A DNA stretch of 8,836 nt from Azolla caroliniana (Eukaryota > Plantae > Polypodiophyta). The first letter of the stretch is position 1, and every line of letters starts with the position of its first letter. Below the pieces are notes generated by a model. The model was not told where the DNA came from, ran no database searches, and saw nothing but the letters and a program-made list of their open reading frames with translations. The translations under genes were made by a program, and so were the position numbers. The stretch spans positions 1-8,836 of the forward strand of contig JBHGNT010001414.1 in assembly GCA_043228905.1 (NCBI GenBank). Reading direction: 5' to 3'. Shown here piece after piece: positions 1-6,645 of this stretch.

Positions 1-3000
1 AATTCTGCTTCGGTCGTTGAGGTCGCTGTGCATTCCTGAAGTTTCGACTTCCACGAGATTGCTCCATTGCCGAATTTGAAGCAGTATCCGGTTGTTGATT
101 TCCGACTGTCTATACAGCCGGCGAAGTCCGAGTCGGTGTAACCGACTACGCCTGAGGTTCGGTTCGGACCGAAAAGAATGCCGTGGTCTTTTGTGCCAGC
201 CAGATATCTGAACACATGCTTGACTACGTTCCAATGCGATCGGCCAGGATTGTGCATAAATCTGCTAACGACTCCTACGGCATGAGAGATATCAGGCCGT
301 GTCGCGACCATCAGGTACATAAGGGAGCCGACTGCCGGTGCATACGGTACCGACTTCATATCTTCCCCCTCCGGACCGGATGTCGGGCAGTCTCGCTGAG
401 AGAGCCGAAGATTCATGGGGAGCGGGGTTGAAGCAGATTTGGCTGATTGCATGTTGAAGCGTTCCAAGACACGTCCGATGTAGTCGGTCTGAGACAAAAA
501 AAGATGTCGTTTATCGCGATGCCGACTAATCTTCATGCCGAGTATGTGTCGTGCCGGGCCGAGGTCCTTCATGGCAAACTTCAACCGCAGTTGCCGAACG
601 AGGTCGGCAAGTTCGCCCGCGTGGCGTCCAGAAATTAGCATGTCGTCCACGTAAATGATGAGGAAGATGGGTGATCCATCTTGAGCTGTGTTGGTGAAGA
701 GACAATGGTCCTCATCGCTTTTGGAGAAGCCGATCGATTGGATGAAGTCGTCGAACTTCTTGTACCATTGTCGCGGTGCCTGTTTGAGGCCGTATAGACT
801 CTTCCTGAGTCGGCAGACTAGATGTTCTTGGCCGGTTGCCACGAAGCCTTTCGGCTGCTCCATATAAATTTCCTCGTCAAGATCACCATGGAGGAATGCT
901 GTTTTGACATCTAGCTGAATCAGCTCCAAGTTGTCGGCTGCCACTACGCCGAGTAGGAAACGAAGGGTTGTCATTTTCACCACTGGTGAAAAAATCTCGT
1001 CGAAGTCGACGCCGTATTCTTGTCGGAAGCCCTTCGCAACTAGTCTGGCCTTGTACTTTGGGGTGGTCGAATCAGACGTCTCTTTTAGTCGATAAACCCA
1101 CTTGCAAGGAAGAGCACGTCGGTTCCTAGGTAATTCGACCAGATCCCAAGTCTTGTTTGCCCGAATGGAGTGCATTTCCGACTCCATCGCCAGATGCCAG
1201 GTGGCTGAATCGACGGATGTCGATGCTTCTTCGTAAGACGTCGGTTCGCCGGCGTCGGTGAAGAAAATTCCAGGAGAATACCTCTCCGGAGGTTGCGACA
1301 GTCTCTCGGATCGTCGAGGCATGATTGGACTGGTCGCATCGGGTATCGTGGTCGGATGGTCCGAAAGCGGATTGTTCTGCTGTGCCGAGTCGGAGTTGTC
1401 CGAGTCGGTAGTGTAAGGTTCAGCTACCCGTGAAGCTGACCGTGTGTTGAGAGCGGGGCCTTCTTGAAGGGTCGGCACATCGGAAAAGGTTACCCTTCGG
1501 ACTTCGATCGGTTTTTCGACTGATGGATTCATGGCCGACTCGTTGAACACAACGTCCGAACTTCGAACGATTTGTCTGCGTTCGGGGTCCCAGAGTCGGT
1601 ATCCCATTTCGCCGTCGGATCCATATCCAAGGAAAATGCATTTCCTGGACCGAGGTGCAAGTTTTCGGCGATCATCTTTCGGAATAAGGGCGTACGCCTC
1701 GCATCCGAAGATCCTCAGCTTGTCGTAATTCGGCTTACTGCCGATCCATAGTTCCTGAGGAATTTGAAGTCCTAGAGGTCTACTTGGCGACATATTGATT
1801 ATGTGTACTGCCGTGAGTAGAGCCTCTGCCCAGAAGCCATCCGACAGTCCGGAGTGTTGGAGCATGGAGACTAACCGTTCTTGGATTGTCCGATTCATGC
1901 GTTCGGCAATCCCGTTTTGCTCCGGACTGTGTGGTGCCGTAAGTTCACGTCGGATGCCGCGTTGTCGGCAGAATTTGACGAATTCTTCGGATTTGAACTC
2001 TCCCCCATTGTCTGTCCGAAAGCATTTCAGCTTTCGGTCGGTTTGATTTTCCACCATAGCGAGCCAATCTGAAAAGATCGAGAAGACACGATCTTTGGTG
2101 CGAATTGGATATGCCCACACCTTTCGAGTCGAGTCGTCAATAAAAGTGACGAAGTAAGATGCACCGCCTAGAGACTGATGCGGCATTGGGCCACAGACGT
2201 CCGAATGGACTAAATCGAGAGGTCTCGTTTCTCTTGGTGCTGATGTCGGGTGTGATGCGGCTACTTGTTTGCCATACTGGCAATGCTCGCAGAATTGATG
2301 GTCCGAGAAGGAGAGTTTGGGGATGTATCCGGCTCTAGATAGGTGCGTGATGCCGGCCTTGCTGAGGTGTCCCAGTCTTCGGTGCCATAATGATGACACA
2401 GGAATATCCACCAAGAACAGGTTACCCTCTCTGAGCGTAACATGTAACGGATACAGGGAGTGTATCTTAGGTCCTCTAGCAAGCAGGAGGTTCCCCCTGT
2501 GGAGTGTCCACCCTCCCGAAGAGAAACCGGCACGAATGCCGTCTTCATCTAGTTGTCCGACTGAGATCAATGGCCTTGAGAGCTCGGGTACATGTCGGAC
2601 ATTGTGGAGTACAAGTGTAGAGCCACCTGCAAGGTTGAGCTCTACTGTGCCGATTCCGATGATGTCACAGTGTTGCGAGTTACCGACCCGAACTGAGTCG
2701 GAGTGACGGATCGTGTATTGCCGAAATTGGGATCGATGAGGAGTCACGTGAAATGACGCGCCCGAATCTAAGAGCCATGTGCTCGATTCTTCAGTCGTGA
2801 GTAGAACTTCTGATCCGACTGGATTTTCGATTGATAGTATATTCGGGTCGTCCGGTAGTACATCAGCTGAGAAGCTGACGTAATTGATCTCCTCATGCCG
2901 GCCACTCTTCTTGTTGTTCTTGTTCTTGAGTGCGCGGCAGTCGGCTTTGATGTGTCCGGGTTTCTTGCAGTAGTTGCAGATTCGGTTATCCCGTGACTGG

Positions 3001-3683
3001 CTCCGTCTTCGCTGATTGTTCGGCGGTCGTGAGGAATCTCTTCCTCGTATGTTCGATCGGTCTGTCGAACCTTGTACTACATAAGCGTCTTCTGTTGAGT
3101 CTTTGGCAAAAGACTTTCTCCGAGCTGCTTCAGTCAGGATTGCGCTCGTGACTTCGGAGTATTTAACAGCCGTGGTTGACGCGTTGCACACGGTTGTGAC
3201 GAAAGTTTCCCATGATGAGGGAAGGCTGCTCATGAGTATCATTGCTCTGAGTTCATCCTCGATTGCCGTCCCCTGTGACGAGATTTGGGAGCTTATGCTT
3301 TCGTACTCATTGAGGTGTGCTTGAACCGAATCGGATTCTTTCATCCGCAAGTTGTAGAGGCGCCGGATCAGAAACATCTTCGTTGCGGCGACCTTCTTTT
3401 CGTAAGTGTCCGACAGTGTTTTCCACAGTTCGAATGTTGTCGTACACGATTGCACCGTAAAGTATACCGATTCCGATAGGTGCATCCGAATCGTGGCGCG
3501 GACGATTCTGTCCAGCTTCTGCCACTCAATTGGTTTGTATCCTTCTGGAGGTTCTTCATTTTCGATGGGATCGATTTGCCCCTTGACTATGAGATAGTCC
3601 TGCATTTGCTCCTTCCAGAAGTTAAAGTTCGATCCATCGAACTTTCGTAGACTCATTTCTGACGAGCCGGATGTTGATGCCAT
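1..3683 (-). CDS. Copia Gag-Pol polyprotein, 3'-partial, at least 1227 aa in one frame
   Basis: ATG at 3683-3681, with an in-frame upstream TGA at 3716-3714. Starts MASTSGSSEMSLRKFDGSNFNFWKEQMQDYL. Zinc knuckle CNYCKKPGHIKADC at 2978-2937; protease WLLDSGAS (D at 2768-2766); LWHRRLGH...CEHC at ~2390-2280; integrase D (HSDVCGP, 2201), D (TDNGGEF, 2012), E (GIAERMNR, 1904); RT QLDVKTAFLHG, LYGLKQAPRQW and YVDD (653-642); RNase H GYTDSDFAG...SRKSTTG...TEAE to the edge. All checked motifs share one frame, and the ORF track lists no stop-terminated ORF in it. Confidence 0.96.
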   Translation of the reverse strand, partial: MASTSGSSEMSLRKFDGSNFNFWKEQMQDYLIVKGQIDPIENEEPPEGYKPIEWQKLDRIVRATIRMHLSESVYFTVQSCTTTFELWKTLSDTYEKKVAATKMFLIRRLYNLRMKESDSVQAHLNEYESISSQISSQGTAIEDELRAMILMSSLPSSWETFVTTVCNASTTAVKYSEVTSAILTEAARRKSFAKDSTEDAYVVQGSTDRSNIRGRDSSRPPNNQRRRSQSRDNRICNYCKKPGHIKADCRALKNKNNKKSGRHEEINYVSFSADVLPDDPNILSIENPVGSEVLLTTEESSTWLLDSGASFHVTPHRSQFRQYTIRHSDSVRVGNSQHCDIIGIGTVELNLAGGSTLVLHNVRHVPELSRPLISVGQLDEDGIRAGFSSGGWTLHRGNLLLARGPKIHSLYPLHVTLREGNLFLVDIPVSSLWHRRLGHLSKAGITHLSRAGYIPKLSFSDHQFCEHCQYGKQVAASHPTSAPRETRPLDLVHSDVCGPMPHQSLGGASYFVTFIDDSTRKVWAYPIRTKDRVFSIFSDWLAMVENQTDRKLKCFRTDNGGEFKSEEFVKFCRQRGIRRELTAPHSPEQNGIAERMNRTIQERLVSMLQHSGLSDGFWAEALLTAVHIINMSPSRPLGLQIPQELWIGSKPNYDKLRIFGCEAYALIPKDDRRKLAPRSRKCIFLGYGSDGEMGYRLWDPERRQIVRSSDVVFNESAMNPSVEKPIEVRRVTFSDVPTLQEGPALNTRSASRVAEPYTTDSDNSDSAQQNNPLSDHPTTIPDATSPIMPRRSERLSQPPERYSPGIFFTDAGEPTSYEEASTSVDSATWHLAMESEMHSIRANKTWDLVELPRNRRALPCKWVYRLKETSDSTTPKYKARLVAKGFRQEYGVDFDEIFSPVVKMTTLRFLLGVVAADNLELIQLDVKTAFLHGDLDEEIYMEQPKGFVATGQEHLVCRLRKSLYGLKQAPRQWYKKFDDFIQSIGFSKSDEDHCLFTNTAQDGSPIFLIIYVDDMLISGRHAGELADLVRQLRLKFAMKDLGPARHILGMKISRHRDKRHLFLSQTDYIGRVLERFNMQSAKSASTPLPMNLRLSQRDCPTSGPEGEDMKSVPYAPAVGSLMYLMVATRPDISHAVGVVSRFMHNPGRSHWNVVKHVFRYLAGTKDHGILFGPNRTSGVVGYTDSDFAGCIDSRKSTTGYCFKFGNGAISWKSKLQECTATSTTEAE

Positions 3684-4345
3684 CAAATTCGGTTTTGGTT
3701 GACGAAGATCGGTTCAGAGTTGACTACGAACCTTGTTGGAGTGCAGCCGGTTGGCTCACCCGATATCGTTCTAGTCGGATTTGAACCCGAGTCGGTTCGG
3801 CTTCGGAACTTGCTCGAATTGACTCCGGTAGCTTGAGGGACAGAACCGACTGGTCTTCCCGAATGTTGCCGAGTCGGAGTGAGCCCGGTTCGCTTCGGAT
3901 ATATATGCCGAATACCGATAATTGAAACCGATTATCTGGACCGATTCTGCTTCGGGTGGCTGCAGCGACGAGAGAGACAGATCCAACTGATCCTCTCGAA
4001 TGTCGATCAGCCGGATGAAGCACGAATTGGGGTTGTTGTCTTGAGACCGATCTGCACCGAGTGGTTACAACGAGCAGCGTTTGGTGACCTCTTCGGTTGC
4101 CGTTTAACCGAATGGAGCACGATCGTGTCAATGATGCACAAGGGGATTTCACCTCGAGCGGTTACGATCACACGGAAGAGAGTACAACCTGTGGGCTTAC
4201 TCCAAGCAAGAGGATCTAACGCGATGAGGTGCAAACCTCGTTCTTGTTCTTCTTCTCTCTTTCTTCGAATGACGCGGATACTGTGCAGGCCGAGATGAAG
4301 TGAAGAACCGAATGCTGTGCAGGCGGTGATGACGGCCGAACCTCC

Positions 4346-4357
4346 GCTCTGATACCA
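4346..4357 (-). promoter_or_regulatory. Primer-binding site complementary to plant tRNA-iMet
   Basis: The + strand GCTCTGATACCA reads TGGTATCAGAGC on the minus strand, 2 nt after the LTR-terminal CA. Confidence 0.95.
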
Positions 4358-4443
4358 GATGTTGGAAGCGAGGTCGTTAATGCGGAAGATCAAGAAGCAT
4401 TCTGTTCTGTTCAGTACCTGCGTATGAGAGATTGTAGGTCGTT

Positions 4444-4447
<4 letters not shown>

Positions 4448-4494
<47 letters not shown>
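4448..4494. repeat. (GA)23 microsatellite inside the copia LTR
   Basis: Perfect AG/GA run counted directly; it reads (TC)n on the element's sense strand. Confidence 0.97.
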
Positions 4495-4497
<3 letters not shown>

Positions 4498-4558
4498 AAA
4501 AGACTTTCTTATTGCATAAACAAAGAATACAACAACCAACCTCACAAAGAGGTTACAA

Positions 4559-4578
4559 GGTCACTATATATAGTGACC
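4559..4578. promoter_or_regulatory. Putative copia LTR TATA box within a perfect 20-bp palindrome
   Basis: GGTCACTATATATAGTGACC is its own reverse complement and lies ~90-110 nt from the LTR 5' end. The promoter role is inferred from position. Confidence 0.7.
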
Positions 4579-4888
4579 AACTTAGGGCAACTACCCTTTA
4601 TGCTAATTACATAAATGGCCAACACGGGATAGTGTGAATACGTCCATTATACACATGTATTCGACACTTGCTACAAATTGGATTATCAACGTTTCGGCCC
4701 ATATGTGATCTCTGGTAAGATCAATGATGTGACATTTCGTCTTGATCTCCCTCCTCATATGCGTCTTCACCCGGTCTTCCATGTTTCACTTTTGGAGCCC
4801 TACACAACAAGCTCTATTCTAGGTCGTCTTACACCTCCCCCACCTCCAATCAAAGTTTCCAACGGCTCTGAATATGAGGTTACTGTCA

Positions 4889-4984
4889 TTCTCAACTCCA
4901 AGATCATCCGCAACAAACTATATTATTTGGTTGATTTTCTCAACTCCAAGATCATCCGCAACAAACTATATTATTTGGTTGATT
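4889..4984 (+). repeat. Exact 48-bp tandem duplication, in frame, inside the chromodomain
   Basis: TTCTCAACTCCAAGATCATCCGCAACAAACTATATTATTTGGTTGATT occurs at 4889-4936 and 4937-4984, giving LNSKIIRNKLYYLVD twice. Confidence 0.97.
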
Positions 4985-5134
4985 GGTTAGTTTATACACC
5001 TAATGATCGAACATGGGAGCCTGACGTTGCCGAGCATCTTGCTAATGCCTCTGACATGGTGATTGTATTTCACAACAAATATCCCCATAAACCAAGTCCG
5101 AACTCTTATCTTTTGACTCGTGGAACTCGTCATC

Positions 5135-5148
5135 GGAAGGGGGGATAA
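5135..5148 (+). promoter_or_regulatory. Polypurine tract of the chromovirus
   Basis: GGAAGGGGGGATAA lies immediately before TGTCATG. Confidence 0.9.
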
Positions 5149-5167
5149 TGTCATGAAGACAATATTT

Positions 5168-5239
5168 TGGCGTATCAATAATCGAACCCACAACTTCTTG
5201 GTCTATGTGTTGAACCCTTAACCATTGTAATAACATATA
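5168..5239 (-). other. tRNA-derived / SINE-head-like segment (Pol III A- and B-box-like), antisense within LTR U3; not a functional tRNA
   Basis: The minus strand reads TATTACAATGGTTAAGG...AAGTTGTGGGTTCGATT. Counting from the D-loop-like AATGG places GTTCGA at canonical tRNA positions 53-58. The stems pair poorly. Confidence 0.55.
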
Positions 5240-5291
5240 TGTTGTGTGATTATAATAGTTATATTTTTAGTTATTACGAGATATCTAAAAT

Positions 5292-5311
5292 ATTCTAGAA
5301 CATTCTAGAAT
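5292..5311. promoter_or_regulatory. Heat-shock element (four perfect alternating nTTCn/nGAAn pentamers)
   Basis: aTTCtaGAAcaTTCtaGAAt, flanked by in-phase one-mismatch units and ending 14 nt before TATAAATA. Confidence 0.7.
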
Positions 5312-5325
5312 ACTCCATAAGGATC

Positions 5326-5333
5326 TATAAATA
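5326..5333 (+). promoter_or_regulatory. TATA box of the chromovirus LTR
   Basis: cTATAAATAag matches the plant consensus and is followed ~25-30 nt later by pyrimidine-rich Inr-like sequence (TTCAACTCATT). Confidence 0.75.
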
Positions 5334-5444
5334 AGTGTCCATACATTCATTTCAACTCATTCGGTTCAACACCAATCTTTAGCCCTTAGCCTACTCATTG
5401 TAATCTTGTTTCATCATAATATAATCTCATTTCTATTTCAAGTC

Positions 5445-5447
<3 letters not shown>

Positions 5448-5503
<56 letters not shown>
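5448..5503. repeat. (TC)28 microsatellite followed by a short CA run, inside the chromovirus LTR
   Basis: Perfect TC run counted directly, followed by ACGCACACACACAC. Confidence 0.97.
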
Positions 5504-5505
<2 letters not shown>

Positions 5506-5564
5506 GCACACACACACCCTCTCTCTTTCGCTCTCGCTCTATCTCCTACCCACGAGTCTCGACA

Positions 5565-6645
5565 GTCAAGCATTGTCCAACGGGGATGAACACCCGTGTT
5601 GGCAAAGAAGGGAGTAAGTTTGGTAGAAGAATGAATTGAATTGTTGTAAGAAAACTCTGCAAAATGTAAATAATCTACCCAATCATCCTGTTGATAATTG
5701 ATGAAGCAATGAAGGTATTGTTCCAAGGTTTGATTGGTACGTTCGGTTTGACCATCAGTCTCTGGATGATAGCTTGAAGGGAGTTGACAATCAATTTGGA
5801 GGAGCCCAAACAAGCATTTCCAAAATGTTGAGTTAAATTGTGGTCCTCGATCACTAATGATGCCATCAGGAAGACCATGATGCCGAAACACTTCACGCAT
5901 AACCAAATTTGTTGTCTCTTGACTATTAATTATCTTTCTGCATGGTAGAAAATGTGTCATCTTAGTGAACCGATCTACAACAGTAAGGATGGAATCAAAA
6001 CCTTTGAAAGATGGAAGATCAGTAATGAAATCCATAGATATAGACTTCCAGGGACCATCAGGAACTTGTAAGGGTTGGAGTAAACCATACGGTCGATGCC
6101 AAGGACACTTGGACCGACAACATGCATCACAACTGCGAATGTAGTCTTCAACATAATTACGAAGATGCGGCCACCAATAATTTCTAGAAACTAATTCCAA
6201 AGTTTTGTGAACTCCAAAATGTATATCCATTGGCATGTCATGGGAGTGTTGTAAATAAGGAGTCAAGAGCGGCCATCAGGGACATAAAGTAAATTATTTC
6301 GAAAAAGTAAATTATCATGCCAACTGAACTAATTATAATCTTTACGAGAATTCACAGACCTTGAACAAGAAGCATGATCTAGAATGATATGATTCAAGAC
6401 ATCTTGTGCAAATGCGTCTGCGTTAAGATCCGTATGAATCGTAATTATAAGTATCGAGTCCGTAGGCGTCTTAAAAGCATTAGCAACCATCACTTGTAAA
6501 CAATCAAGATCAAGCAGGATTTGCTTTTGATGATCAAAAGTAGGTTCCCCTAAATAGGGCGCCATGTATGAACGGCAAGATAGCGCAAATTTGTCTTTCC
6601 CTAGTGTATTGTTGGGTGATACACGATCAAGAAATCAAAGCGAAT
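5565..6645 (-). pseudogene. Degenerate Ty3/gypsy pol fragment: RNase H tail, linker, integrase zinc finger and DDE core (older chromovirus-like element)
   Basis: RFDFLIVYHP...GK..ALSCRSY (RNase H end), LLYVP, H..H(FG)...WWP...CDAC, PWKSISMDFITDLP, IISDRGPQF, YHPETDGQTERTNQTLEQYL, GVHPR. Stops at 6603-6601, 6331-6329 and 6265-6263; frameshifts near 6590 and 6255. The last ~20 aa of track ORF 5502..6266 are read-through into the LTR. Confidence 0.93.

Larger units (their letters stand above)
1..4666 (-). mobile_element. Ty1/copia LTR retrotransposon (Tnt1/Tork-like); 3' end (rest of RNase H, PPT, 3' LTR) lies left of the window
   Basis: Minus-strand order is LTR (4666-4360), PBS (4357-4346), ~660-nt leader, Gag, protease, integrase, RT, RNase H. 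Integrase before RT is diagnostic of copia. Motifs SLGGASYFVTFIDDSTRKVW and CIFLGYGSDGEMGYRLWDP resemble Tnt1 (lineage assigned from memory, not by search). Confidence 0.97.
4360..4666 (-). repeat. 5' LTR of the copia element (~307 bp)
   Basis: The minus strand reads TGTCGAAT...TTCCAACA (TG...CA, imperfect terminal inverted repeat). It abuts the PBS on one side and gypsy coding sequence on the other, and contains TATATATA (4565-4572) and AATAAG (4513-4508). The partner LTR is outside the window. Confidence 0.88.
4669..5148 (+). pseudogene. Gypsy integrase C-terminus (GPY/F module) plus group I-type chromodomain; 5'-interrupted fragment of pol
   Basis: CYKLDYQRFGPY...FRLDLPPHMRLHPVFHVSLLEPY...EYEV..IL.S...YLVDW..Y...DRTWEP. 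The ORF-track TTG start at 4678 is an internal Leu. The stop TAA (5146-5148) directly follows the purine run. Confidence 0.92.
4667..5564 (+). mobile_element. 3' end of a Ty3/gypsy chromovirus (Tcn1-like), interrupted by the copia insertion
   Basis: Integrase GPY/F module, then chromodomain, PPT and a TG...CA-bounded LTR. Confidence 0.92.
5149..5564 (+). repeat. 3' LTR of the chromovirus (~416 bp)
   Basis: Starts TGTCATGA after the PPT and ends TCTCGACA (6/8 match to the inverted start). It contains TATAAATA. Integrase-like coding sequence on the opposite strand begins at 5565. Confidence 0.85.

Noticed and set aside
1-5. Window begins AATTC, resembling an EcoRI-cut end
   Set aside because: It is explained by the RNase H codons GAA TT(x) of TEAE(F/L), and there is no vector sequence.
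183-3597. Many short track ORFs overlapping the copia region on both strands
   Set aside because: They are antisense shadows or alternate frames of the GC-rich Gag-Pol frame. 183..431, 447..638, 1881..2072 and 3285..3479 are in its exact antisense register, and none has a recognisable motif.
3724-4447. 139-146 aa ORFs in the copia leader as a possible extra or env-like gene
   Set aside because: They overlap on both strands, mostly use non-ATG starts, and one crosses the PBS and LTR. I see no domain or transmembrane signal, so they are likely chance in stop-poor GC-rich DNA.
4667-4675. Alternative copia LTR boundary at the CA at 4674-4675
   Set aside because: The terminus at 4666 gives a better inverted match to the other LTR end, and 4669-4677 already encodes the gypsy C-x-K before LDYQRFGPY.
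4889-4984. CRISPR-like repeat or target-site duplication
   Set aside because: There are only two adjacent copies with no spacer, in a eukaryotic coding context, and 48 bp is far longer than an LTR-element TSD.
5168-5239. Functional tRNA gene
   Set aside because: The acceptor, anticodon and T stems do not pair; it is kept only as a tRNA-derived segment.
5377-5392. TTAGCC repeated twice as a telomere-like motif
   Set aside because: It has only two units and does not match TTTAGGG/CCCTAAA.
5406-5639. ORF with a poly-(SL) tract
   Set aside because: It is a translation of the (TC)n microsatellite and spans an element junction.
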